Assembly: GCF_036365525.1 (NCBI RefSeq)
Contig: NC_090375.1
Span: forward strand, 138,482,982 to 138,546,981
From: Heterodontus francisci
Lineage: Eukaryota
Length of the DNA: 64,000 nt
Direction of reading: 5' to 3'
This document shows positions 1 through 13,587 of the stretch, piece by piece. Positions within the stretch are counted from its first letter, which is position 1, and each line of letters opens with the position of its first letter. The translations under genes and the position numbers were made by a program. Under the pieces are notes generated by a model. The model searched no databases. It saw only the letters and a list, made by a program, of their open reading frames with translations, and was not told the DNA's origin.

Positions 1-59
1 GGATCTTGATTAACAACAGACTGACTGAGTCCTGTGAACATTCAGGGGAGCACCTTTTC

Positions 60-752
60 CTTTATGTAATGGAGGAATTTTAAGTGGTGGTGTCGGGGCG
101 AGGTGTTGCGAGAGAGGGTAAGAAACCTGGAAGTCGGATTCCCCGAATGCTTTGGCATTTTAACTCCACAGTGTGAATGTGACATCACTGATGGATTCCC
201 CACCTAGAAGCTGGGCTGATTGATAGGCTTGGCTTCTAGTTGGGCAGACAGCAGTCTGGAGGAGGCCACAGGATCAGGTAGGTCCACGTCACAGGGGTCG
301 ACCTTGTGGGAGGGCACCAGTAATGGGGGAGGGATCCAATCCAGGGAGGAGGCTGGTGGAGATGGGAGGCATTGATGGGGGGAAGTTGGAAGAATTCGAG
401 GCCTTTTCAAGGAGGATGTTGTAGCCCTCGGGGTGTGAGGCTGGGAATCAATGGCCTCAGTGGGGGGAGGTGGTTGGGGGTGGGGGGGCAGTATCCGAGA
501 CCTCAATGGGGAAACCCGGCTGTCCAGCGTTAAAATTCAAATGGTGAATACAAATGAGGCATGCAACCTCATTATACTATTTAATGTACCAACCTGCCTC
601 CTTGGTGTAGGTTGTCTGCCCGCTTACTGTCCAACCTCCATTAAAACAAGAAGTGGTGTGTTGGAGGTGGATTGGTGTTGTGATTCAGATGTTTAACAGT
701 TTAACCCCCATCTGAACAAAACCCACCTGCTTTTTGGAGTTAAAATCCCCCA
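60..752. mobile_element. GC-rich non-autonomous DNA element (Harbinger-type MITE family)
   Basis: Ends resemble 'gg.attttaa...ttaaaatcccc'. The interior is an inverted paralog of 3437-4327. Confidence 0.55.
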
Positions 753-1749
753 ATGAGGGGCTAAAGATCTCATTGCCATCGCCCTCTGTTTCTGCTTTGA
801 TTTCATGTAAGTATTCTTGGCTATGTGTTATCTGGTGCCATTGTCTTGTGAACATGCAGGAGTTGCAGTGTTCCTGAAGCCATTCATTGCTTATCTCTAT
901 CTTCCCTTAAGAACTTGGATGCATCTCTTATCCTTCCAAAGACTGGAAGAATTATCCACTTGTCATTGTAATATAAGCTATTATAGAAACATAATATAGA
1001 ATATCCATTGTGCCTCGTCAGGAATTTCCCCGGGACTTCTCCTGACCAGTGGCAGGTTGGCAGGAACCATGGGCATAGTTTTGCCCTTGCACATTCAAGT
1101 TTTTAATTTTTTGTGTTGCAGCTTTGTTGAAAGTGTGAGCTGATAATGTCCTGTGAGAGAAACAACATAGCTTGGACCTGAATGTACAGGCCAAGCAACT
1201 GTGCATCTCCTTAATCAGGTTGAAGGATTGTGAACTGAACACAAGGCCTGAGGAGGAAATACCTGGTTTGAACCGGATTTCTGTTGATCTTTTACTGCAG
1301 TAATGGCAGCTGATCAGGAGAATATGCACAGTGCTTTTCTTTTTTGCTATTATGATTTTCATATCTACAAGGTGATACCTTTACTTGTTAATGTTTTCAC
1401 TAAAATAAAGATCAGAATAAAATCTGCTCATTCCCTTTCATATCTCTTGCAACGTCTTTGTTTTTCATGGTTTGCTTTTCATCTTAGATGATTGCGATAA
1501 TTGGTCTGATTTAATTTTTTGCATTTTCCTATTCCCTTCCTTTCTAGTTTTCTTAAAAGTTTTAAAATGTTTTGATTTGGCTTTGCCATTTACTATGTCC
1601 TTTTATTTAATCATATTGGTCTTGGTTTTGAAAAATATAACTTCCTTATATGTTATATGTTATTTTGTATTATCTCTGACATTCTTAAAATTGTTCTATT
1701 CTGACTTGGTATTTTTTTCCCAGTTATGCTGCTCTATTTTAAGTATGAA

Positions 1750-1852
1750 AGAGAAACAGAAAATGCTACAGCCTTACAGCAGCCAGTGAGCATCTGCAGA
1801 GAGGAAAAGATAGTTCAATGTTTTGGACAGCATCCTTCTTCAGAACTGAACA
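1750..1852 (-). mobile_element. Degenerate Penelope-like 3' fragment
   Basis: 'aaacagaaaatgct...cagcatctgcagagag...cttcttcagaactg' resembles the terminus of the PLE at 62553-62655. Confidence 0.55.
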
Positions 1853-3436
1853 CTGTAGAACAAAAAGCCTTTTGAAATAACTTTTAAGCTTGACATTCAA
1901 CTATCATACTGTGGGAAGCTACAAACAGTGCTGATGGAACAACATCCTTCTCTGTCAGAGTTTTAAAATTAAAATTGCTGAAATTGCTAATCCGAGAGAT
2001 GAAATCAATTGCTATCAAGAGAAACAACAGAGATAATACAGGCCAGCGAGAGACACTAGTGCTTTCATTTATGAAGACTAGGCCTAGGAACTTGATAAGG
2101 TGAAGCACAACGTTCCAACATCAAACACATATTTTTCTGGAACATTGACTGTAAGGGGCTTCGCATAATGGAAGATTACTGGAGAAAATGAAAGAAAGAC
2201 GGACAGCTTTCTGGGTGGATTCAAATCATGGTTTAAATAAAGAGTGCAGAATATAATTGGGTATTCTGCTTTTAAAAAGAAGTTTCGTAGGATGGTGTGG
2301 CCTGTCAATATAGTAAACTAACCTCATCCCCTGAAAAGGGTTGTGAAAGGTTGAACACATCAGAGATCTTTACTGCAGGGGCGAGAGACCAGCACTGCAG
2401 CTGAGATGTAAAGGAGAACAAACCCGGCTGATCACCGGGAAGATAGCTTCCAATCAATGAGAGTGGCCACCTCGGGCATGATTGAGCATTCTATTGCTAG
2501 ATATTGTTGAAGCATTAATTTGCTGGGGGTAAAGTAACAAAGCAGCTTTTTAAAATTATTTTCTTTTCCTTTCTCAACCGTTTAAATCAAAAATCATTTT
2601 CTGTAACCATTTTAATTTTCCTGTAATCATTTCAAATCTGTACATGTTTTAAATCTGTAATCATGGATACAAATAAATGAGCAGCATTAAGCATAACACT
2701 CTTTTGAGACGGTCATCAATTTGTTCTTGTCATTCCAGAGTCAAAATGAACTATGAGTGAGTGGTTTATAAAAGATAGCAAGTCCTACAGACTAAAAGAT
2801 GAACAAGCATTTAAACAGAACCAAAGAAAAGGGGGACACACTAGAGCCCCAGTTACTGAGTATGTTAACCATATTTTATTGTGAGTTTAATTGTTGTTTT
2901 TATATACTGCAATGTTAAGGGTGGAATTAAAACTAACATGCTGGGAAATGCAGTAGCGTGAACAGGTGCTAATGAATAGGGAGCCCATTTTACATCAATC
3001 AAAAAGAAAATGAGGCACTGTGGGCTATGGAATTATTATCGCTTATTTCTCATGACCACTAAAGATCAATTTGATCCCCTTCTTTCTTAAAAAGAAAGAC
3101 TTGCATTTATATAGCATCTTTCACAACCTCAAAACATCCCAAAGCAATTTACAGCTAATGAAGTGCATTCATATATTAAGAACAATGTATTGATTTTGAA
3201 TATAAAATCAATTATGGAGACGAGATAATACAGTGAATTAGTTCTCTATCTTGGGATCCTCGGTCTGAATCTAGTTAAGGCTAATGGGTTGAAAGTCTTT
3301 GTTCTGCTGCCCATAAGTATTCTATCTGGAATTTGTGCTGTCGATTATGCTCATTTGCAACTGGGCTGTGACTGCACAAATTTTGTAAAATTGACAACAC
3401 AAGGCTGGAGACACACAACGATGATTAAACTGATAG

Positions 3437-4327
3437 GGGGGATTTTAACCACCAAAAATGGGCAGGTTTGGGTTGAGTGCAGGGATAAAATATTAAAAGT
3501 TTCAATCCTGGTCCCAAACCACTTCCAACACACCCACTTGTCCTTTTAACGAAGGTGGGCTGTAGAGTAGGTGACCAAACTGCTGCAGGGAGGTGAGTTG
3601 GCACTTTAAATATTATAATGAGGCTGTGAGCCGCATTTGTATTCGTCATTTTGAATTTAACTGTGGACAATCAGGTTTCCCAAGGCAGCTAAACCCAGGC
3701 GAGGACTGTTGGATTCAGGAGATAAGTGCTTTTCCATCTACCTGATGAATCCAGCATGCCTGCTTGGACAACCCCTGTGACTGGATTTGTCCACTTCCAA
3801 CTCTTCCGATTTCCCTCTGACCTTCCTCAAAAGACCTCCAACCTTCTCCATGAGGCTTTTGATCCAGCCCCCAACCCCCCATTGTTCTGACCCCCACCAA
3901 GATTTCTGATCCAGCCCCACCCACCCAAGAATGATATCCCTCCTCCCCTCCCTCCCAACCCCTCCAGGTTCTGACCTGCTCCTGAAGCTTCTGGCTCCCC
4001 TCCGGGCCTCCAAACATTCCCCTTACTCAAGGCCTCTGAGGCCTCCAAAACCCACTGCCCCCGGGCCTCCAACCACCCTCCCACACCCAAGGCCTATGAT
4101 CCACCCCTCTTGGACACCCGAATTGTCCTTGTGGGATTGACCACTCCCAGTACCCCAGGTCCAACCCCCGCCCCCCACCACCAGCTTTGTAGCAGAGGAT
4201 CTGTCAGTAACATCAACATAGGCTGTGGAATTATAACACCACAGCATAAAGGAGAACTCCATCTGGGTCCCCCTTGTTTAACAACACCGGTCCCCCAACC
4301 CCCGTGGGTCAGGTAAAATCCAGCCCA
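3437..4327. mobile_element. GC-rich MITE-like DNA element
   Basis: Starts 'gggggattttaa', ends 'gtaaaatccagccc', with a C-rich interior. Confidence 0.6.
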
Positions 4328-4934
4328 TAATTTCATTCAGAGAACCCACAAGGGTGGCTGGCATGGGAAGTGCAAATAGTACAAACTGAATACATCCTGA
4401 GCCACAGATTGTGGATAAATCTCTTCAGGTCAGTTGCAGCCCTAAAACTATTTGAGCCAAGCATTTGGAAGACCTCATCACACTGGATGCTTTATCTGCA
4501 ATTGTGTGGAAATATTCCAGAGACACTCTAGAGTACAAATGCCACAAACAACATATCTGCTGAATCTATTAGTTGCGTCCATCTAACCCATATTCCTTCC
4601 CCAAAGTTTGGTAACGCAACACATGGTTACCAAAAAACAAAAGTGATACACAAGACCAGGCGGCATGAAGAGAATAGAAGTTGAGCTGTAAATAGTGATA
4701 CAGGCCCCAAAATTTCACCCTGTTTTTGGCATTTTCTTCTGTGCAAAGTCAGAGCAATTTTTTCAGGCATCAAAATGAGATTAACTCATTTCTAACAATT
4801 TTCTGCTCCAAAATTGAGCACCCTCACTTCCCAAATCCAATTTGGACCTTCCCATGAGAAGTTTACAATGCATTCTATAAAGTCCTGAGATAATGCCCAC
4901 TTAACTGGAATGCATTGGGGAAGGGCTCTGAAAT

Positions 4935-6000
4935 CAGTCAGGACTAGAAACCAACAAATCCTCTCGACCTAATGACCTACATTGTAGGATTTTTAAAAAT
5001 GAGGCTACAGAGACAGTGGGTGCATTTTGATCTTCCAGAAAATCCTAGATTCTGGAAAACTCAACATGGATTGGAAGGTAGCAAACATATCCTCATTATT
5101 CAAGAAAGGAGGGCGAGAGAAATCAGGAAACTATATGGTGGTTAGCCTGACATCAGTAGTAAGGAAAATGCTAGAATCCATTATGAGGGATGTAACAGGG
5201 CATTTAGGAAATCATAATATAATTGGGCAGAGTCATCACAGATTTATGAAGGGTAAACTATGTTTGATAAAACTGTTAGAGTTTTTTGTGGTTGTAACTG
5301 ACAGGATATATATGGGGGAATCAGTGGATGTAGTGTATTTGGATTTTCAGAAAGCCTTCTATAGGATGCCACACAAGAGGTTATTGCACAAAATTAGGGC
5401 TTACAGGATTTGGGGTAATATATTAACATGGATTGAGGATTGGTTAACGGACCGAAAATAGCAAGTAGGAATAAGCAGGTCATTTTTGAGTCGGCAAGTG
5501 ATAACTTGTGGGATACCATCGGGATCAGTGCTTGGATCTCAGCTGGTTACAATTTATATTAATGACTTAGATGAGAGGACTGTGTGTAATATATCCATGT
5601 TTGCTGTCGATATAAAGCTACATGGGAAAGTTTGTTATGAGGAGGACACAAAGAGGCTGCAAAGGAATATAAATAGGTTAAGTAGGTGGGAAAGAAGGCG
5701 GCAGATGGGAGATAATGTGTAAAATTATGATAGTAACCACTTTGGCAGGAAAAATAGAAAAGCAGAATATTTTTAATGGTGATAAACTGGAAAATATTGG
5801 TAGTCAGAGGAACCTGGGTGTCCTTGTACATGAACTACAGAAATGTAATGTGCAGGTACAGTAAGCAACTAGGAAAGCAAAAGGTATGTTCACCTTTATT
5901 ACAAAGGGATTGGAGTTTAAGAGTAAGGAAGTCTTACTGTAATTATGTAGGATTTTGGTGCAGCCACACCTAGAGTACTGTGTACGGTTTTGGTCTCTAT
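4935..6000 (+). mobile_element. CR1 LINE ORF2 (RT) fragment, decayed
   Basis: DWKVAN..LFKKG, VDVVYLDFQKAF, GIPSGSVLG and FAVD motifs, with stops and frameshifts. Confidence 0.9.
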
Positions 6001-6004
6001 AACT

Positions 6005-6190
6005 GAGATCTCAGAGGGTTGTCTGGCTGCAGAAGGTTACAGAGATAAGAATGGACAATTAATGGAGGTATTTAAAAGCATGTATGAGAATTTTAAAATC
6101 AAGGTGTTGCCCAAACAGGAGCCAATGTATCTCAGTGAACACATGGGTAAGGGGTGAACAAGACATAGTGCATATTAGGATATGGGTAGC
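6005..6190 (-). mobile_element. L2 LINE fragment
   Basis: Similar to the L2 segments at 19800-19950 and 34880-35060. Confidence 0.55.
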
Positions 6191-6692
6191 GTATTGTAAT
6201 TATTAAATTCTTCTGGCAGAACTTAGCTGGGTGATTTCTCACATAATGATGCACTCAGGCGTACATTATAAAGTAAGAAATGTAGCTGGCAGAGTGAATC
6301 TCAAGCATGTGGAATATACTTTCAGAACTTCTGATAGTCAGTCAGTGCCAGTGAACCAATCTTTGGCCTTTCATCTCAACCTACATTCAGAACTGGCCAG
6401 ATTTGTAGCAAGTGAATCTAAAGTTTATATGATACCCTATCAGTTTGCATCTTACATATCAGTCCAGAGTAATTTAATGTTTATGCCCCAAGTCAATTAA
6501 TAGCACTACAGTACAACCTATGCACTGTTAGTATATCCTTGTTGGAGTTATCAAAGATAGTCATTCAGAGATTTTATAGCTATAGTAAATATAATATAAA
6601 TCTATGTTAATACACTAACATGTTCACTCAAAAAGCAGCAATCTTACAATAGCATTTGATTTGGTTTTCCATTACATTCAGCAACACATTGC

Positions 6693-7636
6693 TGTTACAG
6701 TCAAGTGAGGAGAAATCGAAGGGCTTCCCTCTTTTCTCTCCCCTTGTTTGACCACAACAGGTTTAATTCTTTCTTAAAGTAGATGTACTGACCAATACAG
6801 TAGGTGTTTGATTACTTACTTGCTATGATCATAACCAGAACCAATCGGACAGGTTTTCTTGAGTTATCAAAGAAAGAGGTTAACTTTATTGTACCTAAGC
6901 TGAATGAAATAAAAATGATAAACAACGTGCCAATTTTCACTGACTTACACACACACAAATAGGTTACAGAGAGGGGAAAGTTAGAGTGATTGAGTTAGAG
7001 TCCATAGAAAAAAAAGTATACAGTCTGTAGCGTTTGGTGATTTGGCTGGCTTCTAGCTGAATTCAGTGGTCCTGAGGCATTTAGTTTGAAGAGGTAGATG
7101 ACTGGTTCGGTAGTTCTCTGGAGACAACGATGCAGATGATCTCCTCTAAAAAGGTTTCTGGTTGTAGCTGGAGTATGCAAAGATGGTCAGTCAACAGGCA
7201 GGATTTGAAAGCTTTCAAGCTGGCATGGAGAGAGAGACCCCCACTCGGGTCTGCATGTTTCAGAATCCAGTTGCCTGTCCCTTATCTGCTGTCGAAAAAC
7301 ACAAGCTTAAAACCACAGATGAGGAGGGGGTTGTCACTCAATCATTCAAGCATAGCAGTTAGCAGTATTTCTTGCTTTCTAAAAAGAAAAAGAACAAGCA
7401 GTTCCCTTAAACTTCCTGGGTCTTGGTTCTTGTTGGGATATGTGCAGACATTTTGTCTCCCTCCTCACAGCATTGCATTGTAGAATACAGTGTTGCAAAT
7501 TAGGTGACCATCCTAAGCTGCCAGCAAAGTAATCCTTGTAGCTTTTCTTTTTAAATGTTTTAAAAATATACAAATTCAGATCTCTAGTCAGTGGATTAAA
7601 GAAAATTATCATTCAGCAAAGCACATTGGTGTAACA
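6693..7636 (-). mobile_element. Solo LTR (944 bp) with 5-bp TSD
   Basis: TGTTAC...GTAACA inverted termini, flanked by ATTGC at 6688-6692 and 7637-7641. Paralog at ~25941-26835. Confidence 0.88.
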
Positions 7637-7788
7637 ATTGCACATTCATTTTATGATGGCTTAAAGTATTAGGAATTTAAGTGAAGGTTATAAAACTGGT
7701 ATAGTGTTAATTATTTATAACCAGCATACTTTAATGTCTGATTGTGTTTTGACCTTAGCTGAGAACAGTTCAGCCTAAAGTAGCTACA

Positions 7789-8187
7789 TGACTCAGTTTA
7801 TTTATTACCTGGTCCTTCTGTGAGTCAACTTCATGGCTATTGGATTTTCTCCTGGATGTTTGTTCTCCCTTGGGAATAACAACGCTGAGTCACAGTCTGT
7901 ATTGTCATCTTTTTGTCACCTTGACCTTGCTAACTGGCAAGTACTTTCCTGAAAACTGCTGTGCTGCATGCCATGCCCAGAGGCATGATAATATTGTGGT
8001 GATGCAGAAAATATGTTTTAATTCTGTAGTTTTAAATCAGAATCTCTATTAATCTTATATCTTCAGCCCTTAACTTCCTTATGTTTGTCTTTCTGGCTTG
8101 CATTCACTTTGCCCACCTTAACATCCTGGGCTGGGATAGGCATCAACATGTTGTGCCACAGACAGTTGACAAAATTATTGACTCAGC
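7789..8187. promoter_or_regulatory. AP-1/ARE (bZIP) motif cluster, candidate enhancer
   Basis: TGA(C/G)TCA at 7789, 7821, 7886 and 8179. Two extend to TGACTCAGC (ARE core). Nuclear-receptor half sites 'tcaccttgaccttg' at ~7916. Confidence 0.5.
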
Positions 8188-8376
8188 CACAGACATGGTG
8201 CATATAAAGTGTGCAGCCAACTAATGCCATCAAACAACAGTCTGATTCTAAATAACATTTCTCCCTATTTAGTGAGATAGCTGGCATTGTTTTTGCTTGC
8301 ACAAATAGTCAATGTCTGCTGCACACTTGATGAGCGATGCAGAGAATTCAGATAGATGTCCATCTGTCAGGAGTGA

Positions 8377-8738
8377 TCTCCCTCTCTCTCCTCTCTCCCC
8401 TCTGTGTCCCCCTCTCTTTAAACTCTGTGTCCCCGTGTCCCTCCCCCTCTCTCTCTGCCCCGTCCCTCTGACCCTCTGTCTCCCCCTCTTTACCCCCCTC
8501 TCCACCTCTCAATTCCCTACCCATCCCTCCAATCCCTTGCACCCTTCCATCTCCCCTCTTCCCCCACTTTTCCCCTCCCCCTCCCCCCTGTCCCCCTCCG
8601 TCTTCTGCCTGAAACCCTCCCTCTCCCCCTTCCCCCTCCCTCTACCCCCTCCCCCTCGACCCCCTCTCTCTCCCTCCTGTTGACCCCCACTCTATCCCTC
8701 TCCCCCCCCCATACTCTCCCTCTCTCCCCCACCCCCCA
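8377..8738. repeat. Polypyrimidine/C-rich low-complexity tract
   Basis: About 360 bp that is almost only C/T, with many C4-C9 runs. Confidence 0.9.
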
Positions 8739-9571
8739 CAATACACCAGGAGCTGAAACGCATTGCCGCTCGGCACCAGCCCCAGACTATAAGAGAAACC
8801 AGGTCCTTTGGAGAGCTGAGAACTGTCTGCCTATAAAATAAACAGCTTGCTCTGGCTCAAAGAATTCTTGCCTTTCTAGTTCAATCATTGCTTTCCTGTG
8901 CGCTATCCTATCTGTTCTACTCACACCAACACTCCTCCAGAGCTGATTCTGCAGGTCGGAGACTGGCAGGGAGAACTTGATTGATGGCTCAAGACTTCCC
9001 AGCAAGTCCTGCCTCACACATGCTCCAAATTGACAGAGGTCCGCGCATAGGCAAACCATTCGCAGGTCAGATACAAAATTTTGGCGGGCTGTAGGAACTA
9101 GCCCGATGCCCTGATCCCTTGTAATTACTTTCGCTCCTGAAAATTATAAACGTCTTACTCTTAAAATACAAGTTTAAAGGCTTGGAGCAAGACATTTAAA
9201 ATTATCACTGACCTCAATTTTTACCACGGACACTGGTGTCAGTGTACGGACATGTTGCCGACCCCTGATCCTGGGAGTGAGTTGGTTGCCTGTCCCATGT
9301 CCTGCCTCCGTTAAAATTGAAAGTGGGCAGGTTGGAGTTGGGTTGGGATTGGAATTCAGATTTCTAACATTTTAACCTCCCACCCGACCAAAACCTTCCC
9401 ATTTCGAGGGTTTAAAATTCCTCCCAATGTTTCAGGTCAATGACTTTTCATTATTATTGTTGTTTTGTAATTAACTTGGTAGAAGCATGGGCCTCATTGT
9501 GTCTACCTTAAACTTCTGACTGCTAATTGTACAAGTGTGTCATCAGAAGGTTCTGCAGAGAATAATATTTG

Positions 9572-10530
9572 TCTTTTATTAGTCTTTCATCATGCCTGCT
9601 GGGTCTTCCAAATATCTGAAGCACAAAGAACTGCCTTAAAATAAAAGAATCATGATTCCTGTCTGGGAAGTGGGCACTGGGCTACGTGATCCTAGATTCC
9701 TGGTCATTTACCATTTGCACATTGAGAGTACAATTCCGAGCAGTTCATGAATGATAGGCACTGAGTGTGATGGCTCAATTCCCTGAAGGATGGAGAATCT
9801 TTCAAAACTTTCAGAGCCCTTGCCTTCTTGTACTGATTTTCCACAACAAAATTGATAAAAAATATATTTTCCTGTGAAAATTGATAAGTGATCCACTTGA
9901 TATATTTTTGCATGCAGTTAACTGATGTGGTAGAAGTCTTTGTGGTAGCAGGATCTATCGATGTAGAATGGCCTGGATTTTGTGCTAAGAATAGAGGCTA
10001 TCAGTGCTCATCGGTGTAAAAGTGTAAATTGGACAGCGACTTCTGTACATGTGTAGTTCAACACCGACATCGGGAAGTTGCTGACCATGTTGTCCTGCTG
10101 CACCAGAAGCTTTGCTCCACTGGTATCTTGCTGAGAGATTCAGCATTCTCATAAATGCAACAATGTGAAGATGGAGTATTTACCCACAAAATACACACCG
10201 GGCTGAATTTTATCAGCCCATCATGGGTTCCGGTGCTGGCACTGGATGATGGTGGCATCGCTGCATGTCACGTGAGCGGTTAGCCAACTGCGATCACACG
10301 ATGGCCAACATATTTGCTTGCTGGAGGCGTGGGGCCCATCTCTTGGAGGACGGGAGTGAGCGACGTGACACTGATGGTGCCATCAGCTGAGAGGAACGCA
10401 GGTTCTGGCAGCGTATTTAAAGCACTGCTAGCCCTGCTTGAACTGCTGCTTCACTTGGTGAGTTTGATGCTGGTTGGCCTTTGTGCTGCTGATTGTAGGC
10501 CCTGTGCTTCTGACCAAGGCCTCATAAGGC
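9572..10530 (+). repeat. Left arm of a ~960-bp inverted duplication
   Basis: Reverse complement of 13588-14547, with roughly ten substitutions and one indel by eye. Confidence 0.97.
9712..9871 (-). other. Candidate 160-bp internal exon, product unrecognised
   Basis: Acceptor ttttcacag|G and donor TG|gtaaat. Two of three frames are open (KYIFYQFCCG...SMCKW; ENIFFINFVVENQYKKARAL...). Confidence 0.25.
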
Positions 10531-10790
10531 TGAGCAGGAGCCAAGATGGACCACTGCAGGTGGAAGACACCGAGTGGCCACATGGTCTTGCAATGCCTGC
10601 CTGTGATTTTCCTCCAGGCTGTAAGGGAAAGGCAGGAGCTCCTTGTCCAACGGGAGGGCAGGAAGGTCCCCTCCTGCTTGACCAAACAAGCCTGGATGGA
10701 GATCACAGAGGAGGTCAGCAGCCATTGGGTCACCCTCAGAAACTTGGTCCAGTACCGCAAAGGGTCAATGACCTCCTTTACTCCATCAAT
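10200..10790 (+). mobile_element. PIF/Harbinger element end with Myb/SANT-like ORF exon 1
   Basis: TIR-like gggctgaatttta. LQAVRERQELL...TKQAWMEITEEVSS motif. Appears to continue at 13262-13587 and 14910-15230. Confidence 0.75.
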
Positions 10791-13262
10791 ATAGACTGGA
10801 CTCCATCATATAGACTGGAAAAATCAGATGGGCAGAGGTAGCATAGATGAGGAGTACCTAGAATGATTGTGGGATAATTTCTTGGAACAGTAAGTTCTGG
10901 AGCCAACCAGAGATCAGGCTATACTAGACCTGGTATTGTGCAATGAGATAGGATTAATTAATGACCTCATAGTTAAGGCGCCCCTAGGTAGCAGTGGTCA
11001 TAATATGATTGAATTTTACATTCAGTTTGAGAAAGAAGAGTGGGTCCAAGACTATTATTTTAAACTTAAATAAGGGCAATTATGAGGGCATGAAAGCAGA
11101 GCTAGCTAACGTGAACGGGAAATTAGGTTAAGGGATAGGTCAATAGAGATACAGTGGCAGACATTTAAGGGGATATTTCAGAATACACAAAATAGATGCA
11201 TTTCAACGTGAAAGCAAAATTCCAAGGGTGGGACCCGCCATCCGTGGTTAACTAAAACAGTTAAAGATAGTATCAAACTTAAAGAAAAATCATATCGTTG
11301 TGCAAAGACAGGAGGCAGGTCAGAAGATTGTACAGAATATAAAAAAAAGCAAAGAATGATTAAAACCTTGATAAGGAAAGTGAAATTAGACTACGAGAGA
11401 AAGCAAGCAGGAAATATAAAGACAGATATTAAGAGTTTCTATAGATATTTTAAAAAGAACAGAGTTAACAAAGTGAGCATTGGTCCTATAGAAAATGAGT
11501 CTGGGGAATTAATAATGGATAATAAGAAAATGGCAGCTTAATTGAACTGGTATTTAGCATCAGTCTTCACTATAGAGGATACAAGTAACATCCCAGAATT
11601 AGCTGTAAGTCAGGAAATAGAAGACAGAGAGGAACTCAGGAAAATTCAGGAACTCAGGGAAGTGGTACTAAACAAATTGTTGGAGCTGCAGGCTGACAAG
11701 TCCCTGGGTCCTGATGGACTTCATCCTTGGGTGTTAAAAGAAGTGATTAGTGAGCTAGTTGATGCGTTAGTTTAAATTTTCCAAAATTCCCTAGATTTGG
11801 GGATGGTTCCATTAGATTGGAAAATAGTGAATGTAACTCCTTTATTCAAAAAGGGAGAGAGACAGAAAGCAGGAAACTACAGGCCAGTTAGCTTAACATC
11901 TGTCTTAGGAAAAATGTTCAAAGCTATTATGAAAGACAGGGCACTTAGAAAAGTTCAAGGTAATCAGGCAGAGTTAACATGGTTTTGTGAAAGGGAAATC
12001 ATGTTTAATCAGTTTATTTGGAGTTCTTTGAGGGAGTTACATGTGCTGTGGATGAAGGGGAACTGGTGGATGCATTGTTCTTAGATTTCCAGAAGACATT
12101 TAATAAGGTGCCACATCAAAGGTTATTGCAGAAAATAAAAGCTCATGTGTAGGGCGTAACATATTGGCATGGATAGAAGATTGGCTAGCTAACAGGAAAC
12201 AGAGAGTAGGCATAAATGGATAATTTTCTGGTTGGCAAGATGTAACAAGTGGTGTGCCACAGGGATCTGTGCTGGGGCCTCAACATTTTACAATTTATAT
12301 AAATGACTTCGATGAAACGACCGAAGGTATGGTTGCTAAATTTGCTGATGACACAAAGATGGGTAGGAAAGTAAGCTGTGAAAAGGACATAAGGAGGCTA
12401 CAAACGGATATAGATAGGGTTTACGTGAGTGGCAAAGACCTGGCAAATGGAGTATAATTTGAGAAAATGTGAAATTGCCCATTTGGCAGGAAGAATAAAA
12501 AAGAAGCATATTAACTAAATGGTGAGAGATTGCAGAGCTCTGAGATGCAAATGAATCTGGGTATCCTAGTGCATGAATCGCAAAAGGTTAGTATGCAGGT
12601 ACAGCACGTAATTAGGAAAGCTAATAGAATATTGTTTATCAGAGGGGAATTGAATACAAAAGTAGGGAGGTTATGCTTCAGCTATACAGGGCATTGGTGA
12701 GATCACATCTGGAGTACTATGTACAATATTGGTCTCCTTATTTAAGGAAGGATGTAAATGCATTGGAGGCGGTTCAGAGAAAGTTTCCTGGACTAATACC
12801 TGGAATGGGCAGGCTATCTTATGAGAAAAGATTGGATAGGCTAGGCTTGTATCCGCTGGAATTTAGAAAAATAAGAGGTGACTTGATTGAAACATATAAG
12901 ATCTTGAGGGGTCTTGACAGGATGGATGTGGAACGGATGTTCCCCCTTGTGGGAGAATCTAGAACTAGGGGCCACTGTTTAAGAGTAAGGATTCGCCCCA
13001 TTTAAGACAGAGATGAGGAGAATTTTTTTTTCTGAGGGTTGTGAGTCTTTGGAATTCTCTTCCTCAAAAGGTCGTGGAAGCAGAGTCTTTGAATATTTTT
13101 AAGGCAGTGGTAGATAGATTCTTGATAAGCTAGGAGGTGAAAGGTTATCCGGGGATAGGTGGAAATGTGGAATAATCAGTTCAGCCATGAAATAATTGAA
13201 TGGCAGAGCAGGCTCGAGGGGACAAGTGACCTACTCCTGCTTCTAATTCGTATATTCATATG
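10790..13262 (+). mobile_element. CR1 LINE, 5'-truncated (endonuclease end, RT, 3' tail)
   Basis: [35 protein letters not shown] and LRGLDR motifs. CR1 3' end 'ctactcctgcttctaattcgtat'. Confidence 0.95.
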
Positions 13263-13587
13263 TCAACGTGAGTCCTCCATAACCATCTCATCTTTGGGGC
13301 TTGCACGAGGCCGCACAGGAGGGAGTTCAACATGGTCAGGGAGTGGCTGTAAAGGGGGTGGCAAGGGGCTGATGCAACAGCAGATCATGTCAGATACATG
13401 TCTGCATTTCCAAGACAGCCGGCCTTCTGTCTCAGCTTGCCCCCTGCACGCTCCTTGAGAGCGGACCTGAGGAGAAGGCATTCGGGAGCCCCCATCAGGG
13501 GCCAAAGGGCTGCCACCAGAACAAGTGTCCTGCTGGTCTCCATGAGAAGATTAACAGTGTCCGTTTTTCTGTTCGCAGGAGGAAACG
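13262..13587 (+). mobile_element. Continuation of the Harbinger Myb-ORF intron to the exon-2 acceptor
   Basis: Donor 'gtgagt' at ~13268. Acceptor 'ttttctgttcgcag|gagg', like the minus-strand copy near 57975. Confidence 0.5.

Noticed and set aside
1472-1789. Hydrophobic 105-aa ORF
   Set aside because: T-rich sequence with a non-ATG start, ending in a PLE fragment.
8312-8683. Proline-rich 123-aa ORF
   Set aside because: It is a by-product of the C/T low-complexity tract.
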